Source: an uncultured archaeon | GTDB lineage: Archaea; Aenigmatarchaeota; Aenigmatarchaeia; Aenigmatarchaeales; Aenigmatarchaeaceae | DNA length: 64,000 nt | NCBI GenBank assembly: GCA_964608725.1 | Contig: CAZSPB010000002.1 | Location: 31,234-95,233 of the forward strand | Direction of reading: 5' to 3' | Shown: one piece after another, positions 26,883-36,918 of the stretch | Layout: each line of letters starts with the position of its first letter | How positions within the stretch are numbered: the stretch's first letter is position 1 | Made by a program: the position numbers and the translations under genes | The notes under the pieces: generated by a model | What the model was told of the DNA's origin: nothing | The model's database searches: none | Seen by the model: the letters and a program-made list of their open reading frames with translations, nothing else

Positions 26883-27920
26883 ATGAAAAGGTTAACACAA
26901 AAAAGGAAGGATGAACAAATTAAGATCATTTTAGAGAAAGATGTTGAAGAAGGTAGAAATGGTTTGGATGATGTTATTCTTATTCATAATGCATTGCCTG
27001 AATTAAATTTTGAAGAAATAGATACTAAAGTTAAATTTTTAGGAAAAGAGTTAGAGATGCCTTTGTTAATTTCTGGAATGACTGGTGGGACTGAAGAAGG
27101 ATATAAAGTAAATAAAGCTCTTGCAGAAATAGCAGAAGAAAAAGGAATTGGAATGGGCCTAGGCTCTCAAAGAGTTGCTTTAGAAAATCCTGAAACTTTG
27201 TCAACTTTTTATGTTAGAGATGTTGCCCCAAACATATTACTTCTTGGAAATATTAGTGCTCCAAGATTAAAAGAATATGAATTTAGGTTAATTGAAAAGT
27301 TAATAGAAGAAGTAAAAGCTGATGGAATAGCTATTCACCTTAATCCTGCCCATGATTTCTTTCAAAAAGACGTTGAAGTTGATTTCAATTGGAAAGGTTG
27401 TTTTGAAAAAATAAAAGAGTTTTGTGAATTTACAAAATATCCTGTTATAGTGAAAGAAGTTGGGTGTGGAATTAGTAAAGAAGTTGCATTAAAGTTGAAA
27501 AGTGCTGGAATTAAAGCTATAGATATTGCTGGATGGGGTGGTACTAATTGGGTTTTAGCAGAAAGTTATAGAAGTGGGAAAGAAGTAGGAAAATTTAGAT
27601 TTTGGGGAATTCCAACTTCTTGTGCAATAATAGAAGCTAAGAAAATTGGAATTGATATCATTGCTAGTGGTGGTATAAGAAGTGGTTTAGATATAGCAAA
27701 ATCAATTGCTTTAGGAGCAAAAGTTTGTGCTATAGCAGCTCCATTTTTAAGAATTTTAAAGAAAGAAGGAAGGGAAGGTGTTAGAAGATATATTGACAAA
27801 TTATTACTTGAGCTAAAAGCTACTATGCTTTTTACTGGTTCTAAAAATATAGAAGAGCTGAGAAAAGTTCCATTTGTCCTTACTGGTTTGACAAAAGAAT
27901 GGGCACAACAAAGAACTTAA
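26883..27920 (+). CDS. fni: Type 2 isopentenyl-diphosphate delta-isomerase
   Basis: RKDEQI, HNALPE, SGMTGG, GLGSQR, HLNP, VKEVGCG, GGTNW and SGGIRSG motifs. Confidence 0.96.
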   Translation: MKRLTQKRKDEQIKIILEKDVEEGRNGLDDVILIHNALPELNFEEIDTKVKFLGKELEMPLLISGMTGGTEEGYKVNKALAEIAEEKGIGMGLGSQRVALENPETLSTFYVRDVAPNILLLGNISAPRLKEYEFRLIEKLIEEVKADGIAIHLNPAHDFFQKDVEVDFNWKGCFEKIKEFCEFTKYPVIVKEVGCGISKEVALKLKSAGIKAIDIAGWGGTNWVLAESYRSGKEVGKFRFWGIPTSCAIIEAKKIGIDIIASGGIRSGLDIAKSIALGAKVCAIAAPFLRILKKEGREGVRRYIDKLLLELKATMLFTGSKNIEELRKVPFVLTGLTKEWAQQRT

Positions 27921-28306
27921 ATTTCATTAATGTAAACTTTTTCCCTTTCTATTTTTAAAATATCTCCGCTCTTTATTTTTTCAATATCAATTTTGTCAAC
28001 ACAAGGAATATTTGAAATTATAGAACCTACTGCAACAATAGTTTCACACTCTTGGTTTATTATAGCTAAAGGGGCTACTCCATTCTTTTTTAACCTATAA
28101 ATTACATAAGAACCTACAGTAGAACCTTTGCCTGTAGGAAAAACTAAAATTTTTCCTTTAATACTTTTTCCTTCTAATTCATGTTTTTTCTCTATTATTG
28201 TACCAGTTTTTGGATCAACCCCACCAAAAAATGAAATAGGTTGTGTTGTTACTAAAGCTTCACCTTTAACTTTTCCTTCACAAATTACCCTGCCTTTTAA
28301 AATCAT
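27917..28306 (-). CDS. Phosphomevalonate dehydratase small subunit (DUF126, AcnX type II small subunit)
   Basis: ISFFGGVDP.TG and GKGSTVGSYV motifs. ATGA overlap with the large subunit. Confidence 0.9.
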   Translation of the reverse strand: MILKGRVICEGKVKGEALVTTQPISFFGGVDPKTGTIIEKKHELEGKSIKGKILVFPTGKGSTVGSYVIYRLKKNGVAPLAIINQECETIVAVGSIISNIPCVDKIDIEKIKSGDILKIEREKVYINEI

Positions 28307-29481
28307 TTTGTCACCATTTTTACACATTCTCTTAAACTAGCAATTTTAGTTTTCATTTTACTTCTACAATAGTAACAAGCCTTTGCTGAATTAGTTAGCA
28401 GAGTCTTAAATTTATCTTTTAGAGGAGAAACTACCATACAAGTATCACAAATTATTTTTCCTCCAGCCTTTTCTATAATTTTAGTGTAGCCTAAATTATC
28501 GGAAATCTTTTTTATTTTCCTAGCAGTAGCAATCCAGAATTCAGCATCCTTTATTTTCTTACCTTTTAATAAAGAGGCAACTTCTTTTATCTCGTTTATA
28601 GAAGCATGAGGACAACCTATACAAACAAAGTCAAATTCTTCACAAACATCACTCATTTTCTCTTTTGCTTCTTTTAAATCCTTTTCATCCACTTCAACCT
28701 TTTCTTTTGGTAATTCAAATTTATTCCATTCTGGAGTTAATTTTTCTATGTGAAATAAAGGTTTTGAACCATAAGTAACAGTAGAAGCAGATAAAGATTT
28801 CAACTCTTCTAAAGAAGCATTTTTTATCCCTTTTATAAAAGCAACTTCATTTCTCGCTTTTTCACCAATTATATAGCCTAACGCTCCAAAATCTGAAATT
28901 TCTTTTAAATGAGTTTTAACTTTAACTAAGATAGTTGGTATTCTTTCTTCGTCTAAATGAAAACCATAAAGGGGTGTTCTTCCTGTTAAAGCTGCTGCTA
29001 AAGCTGAAGGCCCTCCTTCTCTGTTAGTTCTAGCACCTATTATTGAGTTAGCATATGTGACAGCAGAAGATTCTGACCATGCGATATGTTCTTTGTATTT
29101 TGGTAAGTTTCCTATCAAATATGGTACACAAGTACAAGTAACTTCTATCCCCATTTTTTCATAAGCTTCTATTATCCTTTTTTGTTTATCAACAAAATTT
29201 TTTGGGAAATTAAATTCTTTCCAATTTTTAAGGTCAACACCAGCTGGATTTAAAGTTGTCTTTACTTTAACCTTTCCATCTATAGCCATTTCTTTAAGAA
29301 ATTCTAGGCCTACATCTCCAATAGTTAAATAAGAAACTCCAGCAACTTGGACTGAACTTACTTTTATCAACTTTTCAGCATTGTATACTTTTGCTAGTGC
29401 TACTAAAATTTTCATTGCCTTTTGTGTTGCAAGGCCATATTCTCCATTAAGCATTTTTTCTTCTTCTTTTGTCAAATACAT
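28303..29481 (-). CDS. Phosphomevalonate dehydratase large subunit (DUF521, aconitase X)
   Basis: TTLNPAG, TCTCVPY, WSESSA, RTNREGGPSALAA, GCPHAS and DTCMVVSP motifs. Confidence 0.92.
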   Translation of the reverse strand: MYLTKEEEKMLNGEYGLATQKAMKILVALAKVYNAEKLIKVSSVQVAGVSYLTIGDVGLEFLKEMAIDGKVKVKTTLNPAGVDLKNWKEFNFPKNFVDKQKRIIEAYEKMGIEVTCTCVPYLIGNLPKYKEHIAWSESSAVTYANSIIGARTNREGGPSALAAALTGRTPLYGFHLDEERIPTILVKVKTHLKEISDFGALGYIIGEKARNEVAFIKGIKNASLEELKSLSASTVTYGSKPLFHIEKLTPEWNKFELPKEKVEVDEKDLKEAKEKMSDVCEEFDFVCIGCPHASINEIKEVASLLKGKKIKDAEFWIATARKIKKISDNLGYTKIIEKAGGKIICDTCMVVSPLKDKFKTLLTNSAKACYYCRSKMKTKIASLRECVKMVTK

Positions 29482-30781
29482 TTTTCACCCTTTCGTATTT
29501 CACTCTTTTAAAACTTTTATCTTTCTTTTCCCATGGAATAGTTGCATCAATTCCCATTTTACATGTTCTTGCTTTTTTACCTTCAGTTAAATCTGCTGAA
29601 GGATCTAAAGATGAACCCTTTTGATTTGGAAGAATAATCAGATCTTTATCAGCTTGGAATCTTGTAGCTATGGCCCACTCTACTTCCATAGGATCATAAA
29701 TGTTAACATCTTCATCCACAACAATGCAATGTTTCAATGAACTATGGCCTTTGAATGCAGCTCTTATTGCTCTTTTCCCATCATCTTCTCTTTTTTTATT
29801 TATTTGAACAATAGCATGTAGCCAACTACAACCTCCAAGAGTTAAGTAAACATCTTTACAATCACAAACTTTATTTACTTCATTAAAGATTGTTGGCTCT
29901 CTAGGCATTCCCATCAAAAGCTTATGTTCTCTACCGCCTGCTAACAAAGTTTGAAAAATTGGGTTTTTTCTATGAGTTATACATTTTATTTCTATCACTG
30001 GTTGTTCTCTAATTTTATCATAAGTTCCAGTTAAGTCTAAAAATGGGCCTTCTTGTGCTTTTTCTTTTATTATTCTTCCTTCAAGAACAAATTCACAATC
30101 CCTTGGAACTTCTATGTCAATTGTTTTACATTTAACTAACTCAACTTTATCAAGGGCGTTAGCTAAACTAAATTCATCAACACCTTTTGGTAAAGATGTT
30201 GCTGCAGCTAGGAGAACAGCAGTAGAGTTGCCTATGCATATAGCAATATCTAACTCACCTCCAGCTTTTTTCAAAGCAGTATCAGTTCCTCTCTCTTCAA
30301 CTATCCTAGCTACAAACCTTTTTTTATCTAATAACATCAGCCTATGAAAACATACATTCCTTCCCAACTCAGGATCTTTAACGACAGCAATACCAGATGT
30401 GATATATCTTCCTCCATCTTTTTTCATAAACTTCATAATAGGTAGTTTAGTCAGATCAACATTCTTTTCAACAACTTCTTGACATTCTCCTTTTTCAACT
30501 ATAGTTGGAGTTTTCAAATTGTTTATTGCAAAAACCATTTTCCTTAACAATTCCTCTTTTTTTATACCAAGGGCTTTTGCTACAAGCTCTCTTCTAGAAA
30601 CCAAACCACCTACTACAGGAATATTATAACCTTTAACATTTTCGAAAATTGTAGGTTTTTCATCAAGGGTGTATAAAATATTAGCTATTTCGTAAATTGG
30701 TGAAATTTCTTTTTTTATTCTTATCAATTCACCTTCTCTTTCTAGTTTTTCTAAAAAATCCCTAAAGTTCATTTTTTCCAC
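29447..30781 (-). CDS. UbiD family decarboxylase, probable trans-anhydromevalonate 5-phosphate decarboxylase
   Basis: DGGRYITSG, HRLM, EGPFLD, EHKLLMG, VDEDVNI and KMGIDAT motifs; operonic with the PMDh subunits. Confidence 0.88.
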   Translation of the reverse strand: MEKMNFRDFLEKLEREGELIRIKKEISPIYEIANILYTLDEKPTIFENVKGYNIPVVGGLVSRRELVAKALGIKKEELLRKMVFAINNLKTPTIVEKGECQEVVEKNVDLTKLPIMKFMKKDGGRYITSGIAVVKDPELGRNVCFHRLMLLDKKRFVARIVEERGTDTALKKAGGELDIAICIGNSTAVLLAAATSLPKGVDEFSLANALDKVELVKCKTIDIEVPRDCEFVLEGRIIKEKAQEGPFLDLTGTYDKIREQPVIEIKCITHRKNPIFQTLLAGGREHKLLMGMPREPTIFNEVNKVCDCKDVYLTLGGCSWLHAIVQINKKREDDGKRAIRAAFKGHSSLKHCIVVDEDVNIYDPMEVEWAIATRFQADKDLIILPNQKGSSLDPSADLTEGKKARTCKMGIDATIPWEKKDKSFKRVKYERVKNVFDKRRRKNA

Positions 30782-30888
30782 TTATACAATTTGTTTTTAA
30801 TGTTTAATAAATCAAGGATTTTTCAGCAAGTAGGCAAGGAGAGAGCAAAGTGTCATAACCCCCTGAAAACATTAAAAGACATTTTTTA

Positions 30889-31074
30889 TCATTTATCATA
30901 TTCGGATTTAATAAATTTTTCTATTCTTTTTATCAATTTTTCATCGTGAATTATGTTTACGCACTCTTTATCCTTAATTCCTAAATTTTCTATTGTTTCT
31001 CTTATTTTGGGAAGTATGTAATCAACTTCATCTTTAAATATTTTAACAATTATCATTGCTTTTTTAATTTTCAT
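30889..31074 (-). CDS. Hypothetical small protein
   Basis: 61 aa ORF only. Confidence 0.4.
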   Translation of the reverse strand: MKIKKAMIIVKIFKDEVDYILPKIRETIENLGIKDKECVNIIHDEKLIKRIEKFIKSEYDK

Positions 31075-31194
31075 CTTTTTTAATTTGTATTCAAGCTTTT
31101 TTGCTATCTTTTTACTCCTAAGAGGGGTGAAAAATCTTTATAAAATTTACCAAGGTAATACTAAGTCAAAAAGATTAAATTTAAATCACATCTT

Positions 31195-32097
31195 TTGTTT
31201 GTATTAAATATGGAAAGGTTCTTCTCTCGAATACTAAGAAAAAATAAAATGACTGCTTTGATTGAGTTAGGAAGACCATGGAATGCTATACTTGTAGTAT
31301 TGCTTTCTATACTAGGAGCGTCTTTAACCTTAGGCAATTTACCTAATTTATCTACAATTTTAATCTTGCTCTCGGTCATAACTCTTATTTATATTGGTAG
31401 CTCAGCAATTAATGATCTTTTTGACATGAGAGTTGACTCTATAAATATGCCTTTTAGACCTCTCGAAAGAGGTTCCTTAAGAGTGAAAGATGTTATATAC
31501 TTTTCACTATTTTCTTATAGCTTAGCTATTTTCGTTTCATATTTAATATCCTTTCATTATTTTCTTTCAATAATTCTAATGGCAATTTCAAGCATAATAT
31601 ATTCTCTGCCTCCATTCTCTCTGAAAGATAGAGGAATACTAGGCAATATAGATTTGGGATTTACTACAACTTTTACCACTCTTTATTCGGGTTCAGTCTT
31701 GATAACAAAAACTTTTTCTATTCCAGAAATAGTTATTATTTCTTCTATCTCTCTTACTGCATTTTTTACATTCTTTTCCATATTGAAAGATTTTAAAGAT
31801 ATGAAAGGTGATAAGATTCATCATAAGGAGACTGTGGTAATAAGATTCGGTTTGAAAAATGCCCTAGCTATGAACATCCTAGGTACATCAATTTTCTTAC
31901 CTCTCACAATTTATCTATTTTACCAATTTGTAACTCAAAGTTTATTATTCCTAATTTTTTCAGTTTTGTTGTTTATTTTCTTATTGTTAGAAGAAATCAA
32001 GTTATTTAAAAACCCAGTTGAAGAAGCAGGTGAAAAAATTTGGGGAGAAAGTAGGTTAATTTTTCTAATTTTTGTAGCAATTTTATTAATATTCTAA
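31195..32097 (+). CDS. UbiA family prenyltransferase (DGGGP synthase-like)
   Basis: GRPWN, NDLFDMRVDSINMPFRPLERG and KDFKDMKGD Asp-rich motifs; multiple TM helices. Confidence 0.85.
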   Translation: MFVLNMERFFSRILRKNKMTALIELGRPWNAILVVLLSILGASLTLGNLPNLSTILILLSVITLIYIGSSAINDLFDMRVDSINMPFRPLERGSLRVKDVIYFSLFSYSLAIFVSYLISFHYFLSIILMAISSIIYSLPPFSLKDRGILGNIDLGFTTTFTTLYSGSVLITKTFSIPEIVIISSISLTAFFTFFSILKDFKDMKGDKIHHKETVVIRFGLKNALAMNILGTSIFLPLTIYLFYQFVTQSLLFLIFSVLLFIFLLLEEIKLFKNPVEEAGEKIWGESRLIFLIFVAILLIF

Positions 32098-32160
32098 TTA
32101 TGGTTTTATTTCTTTAAAACCCATTTCTTTGATAAATCTCTTTTTAAGAAATTTTTAAAG

Positions 32161-32748
32161 TTAAGTTAAAAGTTTAAATCTATATTTTCCTTCTTTAACT
32201 TTCCAACTCCATTCTTCTACGAGAGTATAAGTTATATCAAAAGATAAAAATGCAAAAAAGTAATAAAGTTCAAAAAAGCCTGAAATAACCATCAAAAACA
32301 TTACAACTTTTACTACACATCTGTAAAGGAAAAACTTCTCTAAAAAACCTTTAAACATACCCTTATCAGCCATATCATTACCTATTTCATCTAAGATAGC
32401 TCCTGAGACAAGAAATATAACAGGTATTATTTGTGTATCTATTGAAATAGTTACAGGTGAAAATATTACCCTCATTATGATTAAAAAAATACAAATTAAA
32501 GTTGCTGTAATAAATGCATTATTATCTATTTTTCTTGTAATTACAAGACCTAATAGGATTGACAAAAAAATGATAGAAGTAGGACCATCAGCTGCTATCA
32601 TCATCCCTCCTATCACTCCGCAAATTAAACCTATTACCAAGGCTTTTTTCTTTGGAAAAATAAATTCATCAAAAGCTTGATCAACATACTTTATCCCACC
32701 ACCCACAAAAATATACCCTAAAAAGAGTAAAATCTTATCTAATATCAT
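32161..32748 (-). CDS. Uncharacterised polytopic membrane protein with Asp-rich motifs
   Basis: GGGIKYVDQAFDE, RKIDN, LDEIGNDMAD and FDITY set among about five TM helices. Confidence 0.75.
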   Translation of the reverse strand: MILDKILLFLGYIFVGGGIKYVDQAFDEFIFPKKKALVIGLICGVIGGMMIAADGPTSIIFLSILLGLVITRKIDNNAFITATLICIFLIIMRVIFSPVTISIDTQIIPVIFLVSGAILDEIGNDMADKGMFKGFLEKFFLYRCVVKVVMFLMVISGFFELYYFFAFLSFDITYTLVEEWSWKVKEGKYRFKLLT

Positions 32749-32806
32749 ATTTTACTTTAGCCTACTTGGATATAAAAACTTATATTTACCCTGTGAATTT
32801 ATTAAT

Positions 32807-33169
32807 ATGAAGAGTGAAATAATTAAAATTCTAGATGATCTTCAAAGATTGGAAGATGTTCAGGCTTGTGAATATGCAGAAAGAGGTTTGGAATCAATAA
32901 GACCAAGTGTAAAAATTAAAATAAAAGATATAAATTTATGGGACCTAATAAGCAAAACAACTGATAAATTTTTTGAACTCGCTTCACTTTTTTACGAATA
33001 TGGTTTAAGAAAAATTTATTTTGAAATGGGAAAAATAGAAGTGATTTTAACTTTAATTGAACCCACTGTTGGCTTACTTGTGATTATTTCTAGTTTAGCA
33101 AACAAAGGTTTGATAGAAGTTGAGATAGAGAATGCAAGAAGAAGAATAGAAGAGTTGAGGAAAGGTTAA
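32807..33169 (+). CDS. Roadblock/LC7 (MglB-like) domain protein
   Basis: 120 aa with alpha-beta-beta-alpha-beta-beta-beta-alpha pattern: IIKILDDLQRLEDVQAC ... LLVIISSLANKGLIEVEIENARRRIEEL. Confidence 0.6.
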   Translation: MKSEIIKILDDLQRLEDVQACEYAERGLESIRPSVKIKIKDINLWDLISKTTDKFFELASLFYEYGLRKIYFEMGKIEVILTLIEPTVGLLVIISSLANKGLIEVEIENARRRIEELRKG

Positions 33170-33173
33170 TTTT

Positions 33174-34427
33174 ATGGAAAAAACTGAATTCAAGGCCGCA
33201 GTTGAAATTAGCAGAGAATGGGATGGAGGAAAAGTTGCTGAAGAAATAGTTAAAAAACTAAAGAAAAAAACTCCAAACCCAAAGTTTATATTATTATTTA
33301 CTACAATTCATTATGAAAAAGAATTCAAAAAAATTCTTTCTGGAATTAAAAATTCTTTTCCAAACTCTCCTTTAGTTGGTGGCACTGTAGCAGGATTTAT
33401 TACACCAGAAGGTTGTTTCACAAGAGGAGTTACTGCTTTAGCCGTTGAATATCCAAATATGGAAGTAGCAATAGGAATTGGACATAATACTAAAAGAGAT
33501 CCAAGAAAAGCTGTTGAAGAAGCTTCTAAAGCTATTAAAAGATGGATAAAAAAGAATAAATGGAAGAATAAATTGATTATTACTATTATTTCTGGAGGAA
33601 TAGTGCCAAGATTTCCGGGAATAGGACAAGCAAATTTAATACAATCAGAAAGACTTGGAAACCTTGCTACAAAGATGTTAGAAATGGGTTTATTAAAGAA
33701 TACGGGAGTGGGAAGAGAAGATGAAATAAATTTTTATTTAAGTAAAATATTTAAAGATTTCTATCGAATATCATTGTCCTCTATTGATGACAATAAATTA
33801 CTGAAAAATTTTCAATTCAATAACACCAACATTCTAACTAATTCAATGATTATTGTGGCTATATTAACAGATAAAAAAATAAGTGGTACTTCTCTTATAC
33901 CTGCAAAAAAAATTGGAATAAAGTTTATTATAACTGACATTTCTAACGATAAAAAAATCATAAAAAAATTAGATAATCAGCCAGCAACAGAAGTTTTATT
34001 AAGCTCTTTGAAAACAAAAATAGATAATATATTACCGTTAGATAAGTTTTATAGATATTCATTTTATTTTCCTTTAGGATATGAAAAAAATAATACGTAC
34101 ATTCCTGTTGTAATAGGGGGCTTTCTAGGCAAACATATAGCTGTTGGTCATAAAATAAATAAGAAAGATATTTACATACTTTCCCTATCTTGTGATTTAT
34201 TAAAAAGGGAGATAAATAAAGTCAATCCAGGGGATGTTGACATATCTATAGGAGTGTCTTGCTCCGTTATTCTAGAGACTATAGGAGATAACATTTTTGA
34301 AATAAAGAAAGTAATTGATAAAAAAATAAAAAAATATCTCATAGTTTTTTCAGGAGGAGAAGGCTATTATGATAAACGCGTAGATCGATATATGAACGAA
34401 TCTTTAAATTTTATATTTATAAAGTGA
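33174..34427 (+). CDS. FIST domain sensory protein
   Basis: ILLFTT.HY, PLVGGTVAG, LDNQPA, FPLG, VSCS and FSGGE motifs typical of FIST N/C domains. Confidence 0.8.
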   Translation: MEKTEFKAAVEISREWDGGKVAEEIVKKLKKKTPNPKFILLFTTIHYEKEFKKILSGIKNSFPNSPLVGGTVAGFITPEGCFTRGVTALAVEYPNMEVAIGIGHNTKRDPRKAVEEASKAIKRWIKKNKWKNKLIITIISGGIVPRFPGIGQANLIQSERLGNLATKMLEMGLLKNTGVGREDEINFYLSKIFKDFYRISLSSIDDNKLLKNFQFNNTNILTNSMIIVAILTDKKISGTSLIPAKKIGIKFIITDISNDKKIIKKLDNQPATEVLLSSLKTKIDNILPLDKFYRYSFYFPLGYEKNNTYIPVVIGGFLGKHIAVGHKINKKDIYILSLSCDLLKREINKVNPGDVDISIGVSCSVILETIGDNIFEIKKVIDKKIKKYLIVFSGGEGYYDKRVDRYMNESLNFIFIK

Positions 34428-34431
34428 TTTA

Positions 34432-35658
34432 ATGGGAAAAAGGATTTTTGATGTTATAATCATAGGGGGTGGTATTTCTGGATTGTATTGTGCCTATCTT
34501 TTAAAGGTATCAAAAGTCTCAAAAAGCCTGATGATACTTGAAAAAGAAAATTACGTAGGAGGTAGAATAAAAACGTTAAAATATAAAAATAAACTTCTCG
34601 ATGTAGGAGCACAATATATTTCTGAGAATGTAATTAAACTACTCCAAAGAAAAAGATTCCCGATTAAATTTAAAATTATACGTGAGCCTTCAACAGTATT
34701 ATTTTTCGGAGATAAGAAAATTATTTGGAAAAATAATCTTAAAGTCTTATTAGATTTGCCTTTGTCTATAAAAGCTAAGATATTTTTATTACGTGATATT
34801 CAAAGATTAATGTTGCTTGGAAATAAATATGATATAGAAATAGAGAAATTTGTTAGTAGATCTACTATAAACTTATTAAGGCCCTTTGTGACTGGCATTA
34901 CTTCAGAAAAGATAGAAAATTTTTCGACAAGTTATATATCTTTTTTATTAAAAAATGTATATCAACGTGCTTATTATAGCCCAAGCAAATTCATCTTACA
35001 TCTTTGTAATTTTTTAAAAAAAGAAATAATAAAAAATGCCGAAGTAGTTAAAATAAAGGATGCTGGAGAATATTTTAACGTATTTTATAAAAATAGAAAA
35101 ATTCTTAAAAAAGTTAAGGCAAAAAAAATTATTTTTTCAGTTCCCCCTGATGAATTAATAAATAAATTTTCCGAACTATTAACAAAAAGAAAGATAAAAA
35201 GTTTAAAGGAAGTGAAATATTCATCAGGTATAGTAGTTTCTATTAAAATAAACAGAAAATTACCCTATTTTGCATATTTCTTCGATGAAAAGCCAGTATA
35301 TGTAATGACAAACTTTTCCGACAAAAAAATTGTTAATTTATTCATACCTGGATTTTTTTATAAGGATATGATAAATAAAGGAGATGAAAAAATAAAAAAA
35401 TGTATTATAACTATTTTGAAATCTCATAAATATTTGAGGTGTATTATGCCTGAAAATAGTATAAAGAAAATAGTTGGAATAACAAAATGGAAGAAGTATT
35501 TACCAATCTGGAAAGAGGGGTATGGAAAAATTATCAACAGTTTAAAGGAGAATATCAATGGTAGAATATTTTTTTGTGGAGATTATACTGATATGCCATC
35601 CATTGATGGTGCAATTAAAAGTTCCATGTGTGTATTTGACCAAATGATTAATGCTTAA
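34432..35658 (+). CDS. FAD-dependent oxidoreductase (amine oxidase / protoporphyrinogen oxidase / phytoene desaturase superfamily)
   Basis: IIGGGISGL, LEKENYVGGRIKT, DVGAQY and C-terminal FCGDY...IDGAIKS motifs. Confidence 0.8.
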   Translation: MGKRIFDVIIIGGGISGLYCAYLLKVSKVSKSLMILEKENYVGGRIKTLKYKNKLLDVGAQYISENVIKLLQRKRFPIKFKIIREPSTVLFFGDKKIIWKNNLKVLLDLPLSIKAKIFLLRDIQRLMLLGNKYDIEIEKFVSRSTINLLRPFVTGITSEKIENFSTSYISFLLKNVYQRAYYSPSKFILHLCNFLKKEIIKNAEVVKIKDAGEYFNVFYKNRKILKKVKAKKIIFSVPPDELINKFSELLTKRKIKSLKEVKYSSGIVVSIKINRKLPYFAYFFDEKPVYVMTNFSDKKIVNLFIPGFFYKDMINKGDEKIKKCIITILKSHKYLRCIMPENSIKKIVGITKWKKYLPIWKEGYGKIINSLKENINGRIFFCGDYTDMPSIDGAIKSSMCVFDQMINA

Positions 35659-35690
35659 TCAGAATAGCTTTTCTTCAAAAATTTTTTACT

Positions 35691-36884
35691 TTACCTAAAA
35701 ATTTGTGAAAAAAGAAACAAAATTTTTAGAGCGTTAAAAGAAGGAAAGATTGTTCTTAATGCCTTTAAAAAATCTTTTAAATTCGTTTCATTCGCTATTA
35801 AACTTAGGCTTTTAATAATAAAGTCAAAATCTTTATTATTCAGTTTTCTAAAGACTTTCCTATTCTTAATTGCACTCTTAAGATAGGGTATAACTTGTTG
35901 TATATAAAATTTTTCGAAAAGAGAAAGGTCTTCATCATTTTCTAATGCTTCATTAATTATACGAGCCCCTTTAAATGCTGAGAATATAGCATAGTTTAAT
36001 CCATAACCAAACAAAGGATCAATAAATAATCCTGCCTCCCCTACCAGAATTAAATTCCCTTTCGTAACATTATTGAGAATACCGTATTTCACCTTTCCAC
36101 CAAAATAATTTAAAATCTTTTTATCTTGAAGGAGCTTTTTGAACATAGGATTATCCCTTTTATTCTTAAAAAATAGTTCTTGAGAATTTTTATCTGTAAT
36201 TTCTTTATCAATAATTATTGTCAAAATACTTTGATTTTTAACTGAACCACAATAAATATAACCTCCTGGAGCAAATAAAGAATTGAAAAGTATTGTTGTT
36301 TTATCAAGTATTTTACCCTTAATTAATGCGCCAAATCCTTCAAATAAATGACTTTCTACCTCCTTTATTTTAGCTAGTTTTCTACATTGTGAAAAGGAAC
36401 CATCAGCACCCACAACAATAGATGGACTCAATTTTAATTTTCTACCTTCTTTCTTTATTGTTACTTCTCTTATTTTTTTATTTTTAAAAGTGAATTTTAT
36501 TAGTTTGGAGCCCTTAATAAAATTACATCCCTCATCCTTTGCCTTTTTCATAATTTGGCAATCTAATGAGTCTTTAGAAGGTCCTCTTTTAAAATAATAA
36601 TCATATACGTTAGATTTAAAAGTAAAGCTCTCGTTAAGAGAATTCCAATTTGAAATTTTGACCCTCTTAAAAGGCTTAACACAAAGCTTTCTTAAAATTC
36701 CGTCAATTTTTCCAAATGGTAATTGAGACTCAGTTATATCTATCCGTGGGTTAGTAAATCCTCCTATTTTTGAAACCTTATCAATTGTTATAATATCGTA
36801 TCCCATCTTAGAGAGTAATAGAGAGATAGTAGAACCTGAAGCACCAGCCCCCACAATTAAAACATCACATTTTAATTTTGGCAT
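35691..36884 (-). CDS. Geranylgeranyl reductase family FAD-dependent oxidoreductase
   Basis: DVLIVGAGASG, VVGADG, FAPGGYIY and VGEAG.FIDPLFGYGL motifs. Confidence 0.85.
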   Translation of the reverse strand: MPKLKCDVLIVGAGASGSTISLLLSKMGYDIITIDKVSKIGGFTNPRIDITESQLPFGKIDGILRKLCVKPFKRVKISNWNSLNESFTFKSNVYDYYFKRGPSKDSLDCQIMKKAKDEGCNFIKGSKLIKFTFKNKKIREVTIKKEGRKLKLSPSIVVGADGSFSQCRKLAKIKEVESHLFEGFGALIKGKILDKTTILFNSLFAPGGYIYCGSVKNQSILTIIIDKEITDKNSQELFFKNKRDNPMFKKLLQDKKILNYFGGKVKYGILNNVTKGNLILVGEAGLFIDPLFGYGLNYAIFSAFKGARIINEALENDEDLSLFEKFYIQQVIPYLKSAIKNRKVFRKLNNKDFDFIIKSLSLIANETNLKDFLKALRTIFPSFNALKILFLFSQIFR

Positions 36885-36918
36885 ATTAATTTTTAAAAAG
36901 CCTAAAATTTAATATATT

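Noticed and set aside
30794-30880. GC-richer patch upstream of ubiD with an 11-bp inverted repeat and a TTCAGGG start reminiscent of an FMN riboswitch
   Set aside because: None of the remaining RFN core is present and the length is too short. The repeat arms are AT-rich and could be chance.
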